Part shown: positions 1 to 12,273 of the stretch, one piece after another
Numbering within the stretch: position 1 is the first letter of the stretch
How the letters are laid out: the number at the start of each line of letters is the position of its first letter
DNA from: Rotaria sp.
Taxonomy: Eukaryota
DNA length: 52,698 nt
Direction of reading: 5' to 3'
Assembly: GCA_905250055.1 (NCBI GenBank)
Contig: CAJNOF010000202.1
Coordinates: 107,666 to 160,363, forward strand
Made by a program: the position numbers and the translations under genes
Notes under the pieces: generated by a model
The model's input: only the letters and a program-made list of their open reading frames with translations
Databases searched by the model: none
Told to the model about the DNA's origin: nothing

Positions 1-2
1 TT

Positions 3-208
3 GTAAGCCAAAATGACTGTAATATTCAGACGTAGCATGAAAAACTACGTCGAATCGAATAAATTCTAGAGATACTTCTTTTTAAGGAAAACTAACCTCT
101 AGAGGACCATAGGTGATTTTTGCTTAGAAAAAAAAGTATCTCTAGAATTTATTCGATTCGACGTAGTTTTTCATGCTAAGTCTGAATATTACAGTCATTT
201 TGACTTAC
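3..208. repeat. Foldback/MITE-like inverted repeat: two ~74-bp arms with 2 mismatches and a ~56-bp loop, abutting the window start
   Basis: Positions 3-76 (gtaagccaaaatgactgtaatattcagacgtagcatgaaaaactacgtcgaatcgaataaattctagagatact) are the near-exact reverse complement of 133-206. No coding capacity. Confidence 0.8.
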
Positions 209-1895
209 CAATGTCTTGTCAACGAAAACCACCAAAAAAGTTTTGTTTCTTTTGAAAAATCATGAAAAATTACTAAGAAAAGGATATTTGTGAGTCCCAT
301 TTCACCTTGAACGCCAACTTCTTTTTGCAACATTTTCTTATCATTTTCTAGTGAATCAAAAGCTGCATAACAGGGTTGCCACCTCTTCTGCTTTTTTCAG
401 ATATCTTATCTATTATATTTTTAACCAACATTTGTTATATTATACCATATCATTCTCTTCAACGTGAAGGCAAATTCTTATCAATATTTGGTGACATTTT
501 GTCTTATTCTTATTCTATGGTAAGCATAATTCTTATTTCCCACTGGTTGTGAAAGTAAGCAAATGTTTGGCATCATTCTTCAGCAAGTTTTCATCTCTTG
601 CTAGCAAAATAGTGTCAAACATAAAACATCCAGCGGCGAGAAAGTTCTGGGACAAATATCATTCTATTCGTCCATTAACTTTTCTTTTTAGTTCCAAATA
701 ATATCAATGGAAACAGCTTGAAAAACTACCTATTGTAGATATGTTTTCGTGTCGAAGATTATATTTATCAAATTTTTTTCATGAAGAGATTTTTCGCTGT
801 AACAATGCTAGCGGTCTAAACAAAACTGTTAAAAAACTACTATAAAAGAGGAGAAATCGGGGCTTTTTAGCTCGTTTTGAAAAGCAAAATAAATTCAACG
901 AAACAACATATTTTTGACTCTCTAATACATCAAACAACGTATTACAGGTAACAACAAAATAGAAATCTAAAATTTCTAAACACAATCGAAAAATGGATGG
1001 GTAAATAGAACGCAAATCGGCCAAGAGCTTCTTGTCACTGAATATTATAATGGGTAATGCAAAAGTTTTTGCACAAATGTCCTTTCATTTTTCATCTACT
1101 AAAAGACGTTTCGGAAAATGGAAAATATCTATTTATAATCTACATCGAAAGAGGTTTCTAACTGTGTGTTCAAAATTTTATTATCGTGCTTTGTCTTTGA
1201 ATAACAAGCTCATCATTGAATGGCATTAAACGGTAATTTGTAAAGAAGAAAACAGTTTGTACATCTTTTCAAACTTTGACGAAAACAACTTCTATTGAAA
1301 GATCAAACTGTGACTTGCCTAACAGACTATAGAACAGACTTTTTTCAACAAAATGAGGTGTTGTTGATTATTTTTTTGTAGCAACAACCGAGCAAATGTT
1401 TAAATTATTCAAAGCCTAGGTTTTGTTTTGAGAAATAGTGTTTCCAGCGAAATAAGCATAGTGTTCGGAGAAATGACGATAAATTCGAATTCATTTGTGA
1501 TATAACCTGTTTCAAAACGTCGTTTTCTAGAGAACTGTCTGCTTTACAAGCGTCCATAATCCAAAATAGTTCTAGTAACAATTTAGTAGTTCTACGCTGA
1601 TCCGAAAGGAAAAGCTTTTGGTCCTGTTCAGATCAAATTTTTGTATGTTTTAAAGATTCGGCCATTGCTCGGAAGTCAGGGTCGATTAAAAAGTTTTTAG
1701 TGCGTAGTGAAAAAGCTCTTCAAATGTAGAACACGAGAAGCTATTTTTGTTTTTTTCTAAAATATTCTTTGGTAAAAAAAAACGTGGATTGGCATATGCT
1801 TAGGAACAGGCCTGTTATCTGATATTCACAAGCTACTTTTTACTGCCATACAAAGATGTGATTGGTGCTCAGAGACAAGACACGATAAAAAAAAT

Positions 1896-2165
1896 GTGAA
1901 CACACAGTTAGAGGGTGTGGGTGTGGGTATGGGTGTGGATGTGGGTGGATGTGGCTGTGGCTGTGGGGTGTGGGTGTGGGTGGGTGTGGGCGTGGGTGGG
2001 TGTGTGGGTGTGGGTGTTGGCATTGATGTGGTTGTGGGTGTTGGTGTGCGTGTGGGTGTTGGCATTGATGTGGTTTTGGGTGTGCGTGTGGGTGTTCGCA
2101 TAGGTCTTGGTTTCAACCATCTCTGAGAGCACATCGACCCACACGCACACCCACATGCAACTGCA
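1896..2165. repeat. Degenerate telomere-type (TGTGGG)n array, G-strand ~230 bp, followed immediately by a short C-strand (CCCACA-like) segment
   Basis: Runs of gggtgtgggtgtgggtatgggtgtggatgtgggtgg... through 2126, then cgacccacacgcacacccacatgc at 2135-2165. The ORF-track [12 protein letters not shown] ORFs here are translation artefacts of the repeat. Confidence 0.85.
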
Positions 2166-2213
2166 AATTAAAAACAAATGGTTAATTTCTCAAAAGATTT
2201 ATGCTTCCGGGTG

Positions 2214-2400
2214 TGGAAACGAGTTAGTGGCGGAGCCAGGATTTTGAGCTGGGAGGGGGCTCAGCCCTCTCTGAAGCACCGTTGAGCTCCGGTTGGCAAA
2301 TAAAATACATGGTTTAAAAATTTTCCTGAGAGGGGCTCAAAGGTTTCCTGGAGGTGGGGGGGGCTCAGCCTTCCAGTCCACCTCTGGCTCCGCCACTAAA
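2214..2400. repeat. G-rich palindromic element carrying the GGGGGCTCAGCC motif; 15-bp inverted repeat tagtggcggagccag / ctggctccgccacta
   Basis: 2224-2240 gttagtggcggagccagg versus 2381-2398 cctctggctccgccacta. Internal near-palindromes gagggggctcagccctctc (2255) and ggggggggctcagcc (2358). It sits between two telomere-repeat arrays. Confidence 0.6.
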
Positions 2401-2769
2401 ACGAGTACAGGTGTTCAGTGTAGATTCGGCAAAAGTAGAATTGCGTCCACATTGATACTCATACTCATACCCACAGCGAAATCGAAAAAGTGCTGTTTTA
2501 CCATACTGTCGATATTCATTTCAATTAAACCCCTCGTCATAATAAATGACCCCGGGTCTTCTATGATGTTCCACCAAAATTTTTGAAATTTTGGCCCATT
2601 TCTGCTGACGATAACACGAAATTACTATGGAGCGACCGCCCTGGAGAAGCGTTCTTCGAAAGTGGGCAGGTCTTCTTATATGGAATGGTCTTCTATTATA
2701 TCAGCGAGTTTGTAACAAATTAGCTCTAATGCATCGCATTCGATCCAAGCTGGATGATCTCCAAAACAG

Positions 2770-2945
2770 GATGTCGGTGTGGGTGTGGATGTGGGTGTGG
2801 TGTGGTCTAAGAGAATATATACACCCACACCCATACTCCACATACCCACCCGCACTCACATCCATGCCGCACATCCGCACCCACCCACACGTACATACTC
2901 AGACCCACACCCAGCCGCCCACACCCACCCACACCCACACCCCGC
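2770..2945. repeat. Head-to-head telomere-repeat palindrome: G-strand arm 2770-2808, ~12-bp spacer, C-strand arm 2821-2945
   Basis: tgtcggtgtgggtgtggatgtgggtgtggtgtggtc, then taagagaatatat, then acacccacacccatactccacatacccacccgcactcacatcc...cccacacccacaccccgcacc. Confidence 0.85.
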
Positions 2946-3478
2946 ACCTTCTTCTCTGTGTTTTGTTTTAACTAACGTTGCAGTGATAACTAATAGTGAA
3001 ATATTATTCTTCTCTGTTATGAGATTATATGCAATTCTGTTACAACATCTTACTGGCTGTCGTGCCGCCGCTCTGCTGGAATGGTGACCGAAACGTGTCC
3101 AAAGGTGACTAGGGGAGTAAGCTTGGAAAGTGACGTCACCTCAGACACTCTAAACTTTCGGCTTCGGCGAAAATTTGGGTTACCTTTTCGATAAAATGTT
3201 CGGAAACTACCCACACTCCTCTTTGGGTGGGTTTGAAAATTGTCTCAATTTACTTTGTTTTAAATATTCGCCGGCAAGTTTTTTGTGATCAGGTGACGTC
3301 ACGTTTATGAAGTGGGATGAGGTCAGCGGAGAAAATGACCAAAGAGCAAGCTGGATTGGGGGCGGGGAGGAGGAGAAGGGTTTAGGAAAGGTAACATCAT
3401 TAATGCACAGCCCCTTACGTCATCTTGAAAATTCCCAACATGCCTTGCGTATATATGACCGCACATTCTATAGTGTGT

Positions 3479-3817
3479 AGCATGAGCATGCTATCACTCT
3501 ATCTCTTTTTGTTTCTTGTTACTGGTTCTTTAGGTGGCATGAACGACCTTTTTCGGAGCTCCAGTTCTCATCGACCGCTGGAAGTCCAACAATGTATGAA
3601 TCGGACTCATTTCGGGTACTTTTGCCCGGACGACAATGCCTGTCACGATGGCTACGAACGGTGTAGGAACAGCAAGACTCCTTCGTCTTGTAGTAACAAC
3701 AATTGCAGGGAACTTCCAAATGGTAGATACCGTTTTGACTTCTACAAGACGTCGCTCTCTCGTGAGCATGAAAAAGTTGACCTACATTTTGCCCCACATT
3801 CAACAAAGACGCAGTAG
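3479..3817 (+). CDS. Putative small secreted cysteine-rich protein; N-terminal signal peptide MSMLSLYLFLFLVTGSLG, 10 Cys in the mature part. Exon structure uncertain.
   Basis: ATG at 3479 preceded by a TATA-like gcgtatatatgacc (~3448-3461). Hydrophobic N-terminus followed by CMNRTHFGYFCPDDNACHDGYERCRNSKTPSSCSNNNC. The open frame runs to a stop at 3815-3817. Confidence 0.4.
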   Translation, partial: SMSMLSLYLFLFLVTGSLGGMNDLFRSSSSHRPLEVQQCMNRTHFGYFCPDDNACHDGYERCRNSKTPSSCSNNNCRELPNGRYRFDFYKTSLSREHEKVDLHFAPHSTKTQ

Positions 3818-4092
3818 TGTCAAGAAAAGGTATAAATTGAGCTAAAACCGATGTGTCGACGTGTTTTACGAAAGTTTGTTTAACTGTTATGAGGTCAAGC
3901 ACCATATGGTTCAGTATCGTGGATACCTGTTTGAATTTGGCACCTATGGTCAACAGGTACTCGATCTTCTCGATCCTAAATACAAGTACAAAGACCAAAG
4001 CCTTGATTGGATAGATTTTGGGTCAAGTTCGTGCACTCTGGAACAAGTGAAACGACACACTGACTTCTGGCTACAGTCGCACAACACATAAC

Positions 4093-4374
4093 TTGACGGC
4101 CAACAACTGCCAGCATTACGCCGGAAGTTTATGGTACTGGTTGAATGGCAACTGTGAAGGCAATCCTTCAAGAACTCGGTGTCATGATCTAGTGAAGAAA
4201 TCACTGCATACTTGCGGAAATGAAAGTAGCTTGGAAACTGGCGAGAAACAGTGCTGTCAAATACCCGGTGTAGATGAGGATGATCCACGTTGCAGTGGAT
4301 GTGCTTCCGACTCAGCAATTAAGTTAACATATGGTCTCTATCTGTTGCTTCTGTTCTTTTTCCTCATTGTTTAA
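4093..4374 (+). CDS. Possible downstream exon(s) of the same secreted Cys-rich gene; C-terminus resembles a GPI-anchor signal (small residues then hydrophobic tail LTYGLYLLLLFFFLIV)
   Basis: ORF ...NCEGNPSRTRCHDLVKKSLHTCGNESSLETGEKQCCQIPGVDEDDPRCSGCASDSAIKLTYGLYLLLLFFFLIV* ends at 4372-4374. Different frame from 3479-3817, so an intron or a separate gene is required. Splice sites not resolved. Confidence 0.3.
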   Translation: MTANNCQHYAGSLWYWLNGNCEGNPSRTRCHDLVKKSLHTCGNESSLETGEKQCCQIPGVDEDDPRCSGCASDSAIKLTYGLYLLLLFFFLIV

Positions 4375-4591
4375 ATAAACTTGTCGAACCGATGTGCAGA
4401 AGACTAAGAAGAAGAAGGTGCAGGATCAAACAGCTGTCAATCTACTGCGAAACGCTATCGGATAGCTTAATTTTCGATGACATTCCCTGTCTGCTCATTA
4501 ATGTAACTGGCTCGTCATTTTTCGATTTTCGTGCAAGCAGTGACTTCCAACTATATTTCACAAGCTGAAAAAGTTCAGTAAACCCCCCCTC

Positions 4592-4712
4592 CGTAATAGA
4601 AGCCCCCTTTAAAGGATCTCTCCAGCAAAATTTTCAGTTTTTCCCAGCAAAATCTGACCAAAGTTTGCAAGGCCAAATAGAAGTCCCGGGGGGCTTCTAA
4701 TATGGGAGGGGG
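4592..4712. repeat. Short G-rich inverted repeat (~25-bp arms, ~60-bp spacer) of the GGGGGGCT motif family
   Basis: aaccccccctccgtaatagaagccccc (4592-4618) versus ggggggcttctaatatgggagggggttt (4686-4712). Confidence 0.6.
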
Positions 4713-4957
4713 TTTAATATGAATATCGAATAATCTAATGTTTTACCATTAAAAGGAGAGGTCATGGTTCGCATTGAACTCAGCATATTTGCATTTTAAT
4801 GGTTTTTGAAACAGGAGCAAAGAAAATCGTGATAAAACTATGCCAAATATTTACTTTTGCTTGGATAGGTCAATTAAATTTCTTCTTCTTTGATAAAGTT
4901 TTTATTGTGACGTTTCGACGACGATGTCATCTTCTGCAGACAGTGAATTTCGAAAAT

Positions 4958-5062
4958 GAGGGTGTGGGTGTGGGTGTGGGTGTGGGTGGGTGTGAATGTG
5001 GGCGTGGGTGTGGATTGTAAGTGTGGACGAAAAAAGGATACAGTCACACTCACACCCAAATC
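4958..5062. repeat. Head-to-head telomere-repeat palindrome (G arm, 26-bp spacer, C arm)
   Basis: gagggtgtgggtgtgggtgtgggtgtgggtgggtgtgaatgtgggcgtgggtgtgg ... tcacactcacaccc. Confidence 0.8.
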
Positions 5063-5835
5063 TGCAGATTTCATATTTAATTAATTCCTTTTTTTATTTT
5101 CATTTACGGCAAAATATTTTCAAAATAAAATTATCTTTGCCTAGTTCCTCTTTTCCAGTTCTATCTATTACCAAAAGAATTGGAATAAAAACTAAATGCT
5201 AAAGATGCAAAAAACAGTATTTCGAAAAAGGGGTAAAATTTTTGTGTACTACCTTGTATTACATCTTACCAATTGAAACAAATCAATTCCGTTGAGAGTG
5301 GTTTCTTTTCAGTACATCTGTTAATAAAAATTATTGTTCTCGATGATGATGAGATGTGGCAATAATTTAGTGCTTTTTTTGTAACTCAATTAAGTTCGGG
5401 AAAACAATAAGATAGTGCCCAAGTCAAACTGTTAGTCATTCTTACAGAATTCATTCATATCTTAATCGAAAAGTTTGAAGGATTTGAATCACATTTCATA
5501 AAAATTGATGGAAAGAAACTCATACTATTAAATCTAAGATTAAAATATTCCACACATACTAGTCTATATCGTCAAGATATTTCGAGAGAGAGCACAAATT
5601 TTTAAGCTGAATCGAAAAAATACATATACGAATAATTGTTTTGATTGCTGGAATTTCTACAAGAAAAGAACATCGTTGATTTTTTCCTTTCATAAATCAT
5701 CTAATGTGAATCTATTCCAAATATTAAAACTTTCTATCAATACATTATTCTTTTATCAATATATTGTGTAACTTGTCTGTTCATTAAGAGGACCACCAAG
5801 TTGAAGTTACAAGAAAGAATACTGATTTTTTTGCA

Positions 5836-8195
5836 TCAATGAAATTCAATAGTGACTCCAACATGTTTAGGTATAAGAGTTAGTTTCTGAATAAATCCAC
5901 CTGCATTTACTTCAGGACCACCATCACCAATTGTCATTTGTTGTAACATACGAGCTAGAATTACTTTTAGTTCGAATAGAGCTAAATCTTGTCCAAGACA
6001 TTGACGATGACCACCTCCAAACGCTAGAAATGCATATGGATGATGATTTTTATCTTCATCAAGAAATCTTTCTGGATAGAATAATTCAGGATCGATTTTC
6101 CAATGACGCCTATCTCGAGCGAGAGAGGATGTTGGAATCAGTACTTGGTCACCTTTGTAAAGTCGAGTACCACTTTTAGGGAGACAGTCGTCGACAGTGA
6201 CTGAACGACATGTTGAGTCAATCGTTGGAGAATAACGAAGTACTTCATTGATAAAACAATCCAAATAAATAAGTGAATCAAGATAATCTAATGATAAATG
6301 TTGACCACCATTATTCTCCATTAGTTCTGCCTTGATTTTTTGCTGAACTCTTTGCTGTTTACTTAGATGATAAATAGACCAAGCAAGAGCAGTAGATGTC
6401 GTTTCATAACCAGCAATCAAAAACATGAGTACCTCATCAAAAACTTCCTTTCGTGAAAGACCTATCAATAAAAGAATAGTAGATATAAAACCGCATGACT
6501 TCAATATGCAGTAAAGGTAGAGATCACTGCAAAATAGGCAAATCTAACAAAATTTACATTATATATATAGACAAGGACAATATATATCTCGATATTATTA
6601 GGAAGAATTCAAGTTCATTCATGGAAAATAATGCAATCGTTTCATACTATCATTGAAAAGCCTTCATAGATGAAATCTAGAGAAAATGTACTAGATTATT
6701 CGATGAATAATAGTTTTGACTTTTGCTCTGTTCGATTTCAGCAACTAAAGGATAAAAAACGTTTATCCGTTTTTGGATGTGCAGTTGTGTACAGTCGAAC
6801 AAGATCCAATCATATACAAATAGAAACAAGAACGACCAAGGGTGTGGATGTGGGTGTGAGAGTAGTAAGTTCCATAGTCCACTTCTACACGTCATACCGA
6901 CACTCACATCCACACCGTATTCCGAAGATCTCAGCTCTAGTAACAATTAGACAGAAAAATTCATGTCTTCGTCATGCTATAGATAACATGCTAGTGTAGC
7001 AAAGGCATAGAATGCCGTGAGAAACATGTGTATGAGCATTCGTTCTGTGGAATTTTTAGTAAAAAACAACTTTGCTCATAGCAAAAACTCAATAGATCTT
7101 GAAATTTTCGATTCATAAATCAGTCGATGGTATTTAGAAGACACGAAAAATGTAGCTGCATCATATAAGTTGTATGATCTTTCCAAAAAGAAAATTCAGC
7201 GTGTAAATATACGACAAATTATTAGAAACGATGAATCAAACCAAGGGTTTAACGAATCGATTTTACCTCTTTTATCTTCCTCCTTTTTTCTTGCTTCGAC
7301 TTTTTCATCGGCTTGTAATGAATTCACAAGTGATGCGATTAATGAAGTTTTCTTTCGTTGTGCTCTCGACTCTGGACTTTCAGCCAATTCTTGTTCGATC
7401 ATTTTATGAAAATGTCGTTCGACTGTTGCTCTTGCTCGTTGAAATCGAGTATTCAACTTCATATAGATAATTGATACAAAACTAGGCGCATATATAGCCA
7501 TTTTAAATGTACTCATGATATCGAGCAGGGCTTCGGTCAGTTCATTATTATTGCTGGAATATTTATTATCAAGTGTTTCCAAATTATAATCAAAAGCAAT
7601 TAATCCAAATATTTCAAGAAGAAGATTTTGACACTGTTCAACAACATCTGTATGCACCTGATTATGTGGTCTAGCACGCCATCTGTCTAATAGTTTGTCA
7701 GTACTATCAACAATTGTGTTAATATTTGAAATAATTTTGCTACGACGAAATAACGGCATAGTAAGAGTACCATGCCGTTTGAATTTGAAACCTAGTAACC
7801 AAAATGAATAAATACTTGTTATTACTAGACCAATAAGCGATACCTATGTTACAAATGATACTCTCAGGAACCAAAAGGCTAAATTTTTCTAAAAATACTT
7901 GCCCTTGATCGTAAACATTTCGATGCGTAAGAACGTACTGAACATCGTCAATATCATGCACAACAATGAAACGCATAAAACCAAGCCAATATTGATAAAT
8001 ATCACCGAACCGTTTCTTGAACGATATATAGACATCAGATGCTGATCTTTTTCCTAATAGTAAACCCGATTGAAGAAGATTTCCAAAAAAGATATGTGGA
8101 GACAAGCCAGGTATTGGACCACGAAGTGTAAAATATTTCAATTTAATATAGACCATCAATACAATGATGAAAAAAAGCAACAGAAGAGTCACCAT
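5836..8195 (-). CDS. Cytochrome P450 monooxygenase (CYP3-clan-like), apparently intact, 3 exons, ~500 aa
   Basis: Minus-strand join 8195..7844, 7791..7267, 6461..5836, with phases consistent (352+525+626 nt). N-terminal membrane anchor and proline hinge RGPIPGLSP, I-helix AGYETTS, PERF (FYPERF), heme-binding FGGGHRQCLGQDLA. ATG at 8195-8193, TGA stop at 5838-5836. Intron 1 is 52 nt; intron 2 is ~800 nt and contains a telomere-repeat palindrome. Confidence 0.85.
6840..6920. repeat. Head-to-head telomere-repeat palindrome located inside intron 2 of the intact P450 gene
   Basis: ggtgtggatgtgggtgtgagag ... spacer ... cgacactcacatccacaccg. Confidence 0.75.
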
Positions 8196-9284
8196 TATAA
8201 CAAAGCGTTAAACAAAAAATGCGGCAATCGTGAGTGCCCGATGGTAAATATTAATGCCTATGTGCACATGTCACCTTTCTTTCTTTCGTTTTCTGCTGTT
8301 TCGCCGCTCTTGTGCGACACATGCAGCCAATACTATCATGCAAAAGGACATAGAATCACATGCTATATCTATGAATAACTACGAATAGCTTTTTTCTACA
8401 AATCATACGTGATTTTGTCGAGTAACGCCTGTACTTTGCTCATTCCAATCAGTTGCATCTAAATCATAGAAGTATTATTCTCACAAGGCTAGTCTGTTTT
8501 AAAAAGAAGCAAGGACATTTCATTCACAAAAAAAACTATATTGTAGAAAGACTTCTCGTAAAACATGTGAATGGTGCATATTGTGATCAATCAACCGATT
8601 ACTGCTGTCAATACACATATATATATATATCATTATAAAGATAGTGGAAAATATACTTAAATATACTCAATCAATGTTAAATGATTCTCGCGATAGAGAG
8701 CTTCAAGTTCGTCACTCGATTTCAATTAAGTGAAATGTATTTTTGTCAATAATAGAAAAATACTCTAAATATTTTTGTATCTAACAAAATTGAATAAATA
8801 CTTTATGATTTAATTATCATTCAATTTGGCTGGAGAAAGCAACATTTTCATAGGTTTTCAAAGTTTTATTTATCACTCAGTTTCCAATAACACCATTATA
8901 GCTTACGATATCGCCGAATTTTCCATGATAGTATGACTCATTTCAAGCATTATCATTCCATTTAAAATTGCAATTTCAACCCATTAAAATTTATTCTTCT
9001 GTTTTTGGCAGATATCCATCGTTTAGTAGTAATAAAGCGTATGCGAAGTCATCTCTTTTCTAGATACTGCGCAATAGCTACTCCTAAGTGAGACGTACTG
9101 GTATCAGTAGAAATTGCACTGAAAACTACTGTTACAGCACTTCATTATTCAAAGCGAATAATCCACAGATTTCATATCAGCAAGTCATAATAGTCATGGC
9201 CGTTTAAGCCAAAAGTTCAGTCTCCTATAATCGATAGAGTACGTATTAATCATGTCGATTTTATATAAAAGTAGCTGTCACATG

Positions 9285-9346
9285 CGTGTGTGGGTATGAA
9301 TCTGAATGATGGGAATACTCACACCCACATCCACCCATCCACACCC
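9285..9346. repeat. Head-to-head telomere-repeat palindrome
   Basis: gcgtgtgtgggtatgaatctgaatgatgggaatactcacacccacatccacccatccacacccc. Confidence 0.75.
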
Positions 9347-9608
9347 CATTTTAAAATAGCCAGCCGTAGACACTTGAATCGTGTGTTGTTGATGGCTTTA
9401 ACTTATATATTTTTTTTACAGCTGAGGCCTTGTACATTTTTTTTTATCAAATGAATCATAGAGTACTTTTCAAAGATTGCAACATTTTATTTATCTTATC
9501 TTTCTTGTTTAATGTAAATATTTTCGGACTGTGGACTTTGTTGAGAATGTGACAACCCTTATCAAAATTTAAGTATTCAAGGTTAGATATATACTAAGAC
9601 TGCTATGA

Positions 9609-9697
9609 AGAGTGTGAATATGGGTAGGGAATGGTTTCAGGGAAGGAGAGACTCATACACACTTGCACACTCATACTAGTGGGTATGGGCATGTATA
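9609..9697. repeat. Telomere-like G/C/G arm cluster (degenerate)
   Basis: gagtgtgaatatgggtaggg ... actcatacacacttgcacactcatac ... tagtgggtatgggcatg. Confidence 0.55.
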
Positions 9698-9989
9698 AAT
9701 CCCAATACAAAATGTTCCAATGAAGTTATACAACATGTTTCGATTCATTCGAGAATCATCTTCAGGTATGTTTAGAAACATTACAACAATATTCAAATTA
9801 GTCAAAAATAGTATTGATAAAAACAGAATTTCATCGAACATAAACGTAGAAATGTTACTTGTTCGAGCGAAAAATCATAGTTCGAATTCACAAAGGTGCA
9901 TATTTACCAGTGTGGATAGAATCGTAACCGTTCCACAACAAACGACTTCTGTTTCTGTTCTTTCAGAAATTCATCAGGTGAGTCTTGAG

Positions 9990-10032
9990 GTTGTGGGTTT
10001 GGGTAAAGAGAGCACATACAACCATACCCACA
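9990..10032. repeat. Short head-to-head telomere-repeat palindrome
   Basis: gttgtgggtttgggtaaagagagcacatacaaccatacccacaccc. Confidence 0.6.
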
Positions 10033-12273
10033 CCCTTATAATTATATCAAAAACAATCTATGTATAGAGTTTTTATTTCCATGTCGAAAGAAGCATTGAA
10101 TTTTGAAAAATATATTTATTTTATTTTCAATTAAATACTTATTGCAGAAAAGTTAAAATTTTCATGATTTGAAAAACAATGTTCATTCAACGAAATTCAC
10201 ACCCATATATTATTGTGAATGTCAGTATACATATAATTCATTAAAGATAAACATTAAAAAAGAAATGAACGTCAGTATGTTTGAATCTCTACATGCCCTA
10301 TTTGTCAAAATTTTTTGAAATTAATAAATGATAATCAATTAGCAAAAGGTTCATTAAAATTTCAAAAGATTCAATCGAATATTTCGAATACGACTTATTT
10401 TCGTACATTGACTATTGGTTATGCATACATCATTCTTTCTCGAACGTTTAATAACATGTATATCGCTTATTGCAGACCTTTCTTTTGGTGTAAATGATAC
10501 ATTGATGAATGAGAACGAGGATTTTGGGTGTGTAGATGAAGGTACTAGTGATATGCATACTCGCATCATTTTTCTCTCATTGACTTACATTTTAGTAATT
10601 AAGAGTATACTTTGTATACACATCAATAGTTTATGCATCATGCTTTGTCGTATGAATCCTAAAGAGAGTGAAGAAGAAATATTGAAGATTGATTTACTTT
10701 AAAGGTAGGCAAAATAACGATATTGTTTTATGTTGTAAAAATCGATCGGTTTCTTATCAATCATCCAGCTAACTTACTTCGTAAAAGATTATTGGTATAG
10801 GTTCGCAGAAAGATATAATATAGACTCCTCACGATTATTTTAGTCAAGACTTAACATGAAGTAAAAGATTTTAAAAAAGGAATTCAATCATTGTAATTCT
10901 TTTACTGAACATAACTGATATAATCGATTTATTCAGCTAGTAAGGTTGATTGTGATCATTCTAATTCTCTTTTTATTTTTTATTAAAGCATAATTTGTTT
11001 AAACTAAATAGTGTTCTCACTTCTGTTTTTTGTACCTGAATGTTTTTATAGAAAAAGCTGCTTAAATGAGCTTAGGGTGTGAATGGGTGTGTGTGTGTGC
11101 ATATGTGTGAGAAAAGAAAACGACTACGCTCATGCTTATACCGATTTACACTCGTGATAGAGAAAATGAACGTACCTCACCTTCAAACGCAATTTGAAGT
11201 TACCTAACTGGATTTGCTCGCATATATGTCGCACATTTCCATTAAGATAAGTAACTGCTTTTACCTACTGCACAGAATAAATACGAAATCTATTAACTGA
11301 AACGGTGGCGATTTTAGAATGGAAAGAAATTTTAAAGCGTCACTCGTCACAACATAGACTAACTTTAGTGACTATTTTATCACAAAGTGATATTTTATCA
11401 TCCGTACGTAATTTTCTTTATCACATCGTCAGACTGCACTAACTCTGTAGTACACGCTACAATGGTTATCAGATCAATATGTCTTAGGTTTCAAACAACA
11501 TCTACTGAGTATCACCGATTGCCGATGATTGTCTTGCTGACAATTAGCCTCGTCTTTCTTGCAACTAAGCGTAGTGGACTCGAAAGAGATTTTGCACTAA
11601 AGCAATATGATAATACCTAAGAGAATAGTTTCTCTAAAAATTTCGTTGACAAGAACTTGTTGTCCTTTGATTCTTCATGTCTTCATTGCACATATTGCTG
11701 TTACTAAGAATAGAGACATGTTCACTATTTACTGTGAGAAAGTTCCATCAATTTTAAGGTTATCTTTGCAACAAATTTAGATACATTCATAACAAATCAA
11801 CATGAATAAGTAGAACTTGGTTGTTTTCAGTACTGAGATTTTTTGATCTAACATTAAACGACTTCGAGCAATCCTATGGTATGTGATCGAATTTATAGTC
11901 ATAATCCTATTAACTGTAGAAAAATGTGTTTGATGATAACTGTTAAGTTGTAGGTTTATTACACGACAAGAGGATTCTTAAGATGGATTGCTGATGTGCG
12001 TTTTGGCATCTAGAGCGAATTTCTCAGTATTGATTACTCTTGGTTGAATGATTAATGGATTGAAAACTGTAAATCTTATAAGTATTTATCCACAGAAATT
12101 TATTAGGAGTTTCATGCACTATCACATTACACACTTCAAGTATTCTCTTTTCGAAAAAGCAAAATTATCATGATGAAAAGGAGCAGTCTTGCTTTGGATC
12201 AATAAAGAAAACATCGTCATTCTCAGGATGATTAGATATCTTTTTTTTTTATTTGATAAACAAAAAATATTAT

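Noticed and set aside
1826-3087. ORF-track proteins rich in [16 protein letters not shown] repeats (1826-2177, 2627-3087)
   Set aside because: They are six-frame translations of (TGTGGG)n / (CCCACA)n telomere-type repeats, not genes.
9720-10702. ORFs 9720-10067 and 10415-10702 as a small gene (MKLYNMFRFIRESSS then GTATGT donor)
   Set aside because: Downstream acceptors give immediate stops in every phase tried, no domain similarity, and the region carries telomere-like palindromes. It was left unannotated.
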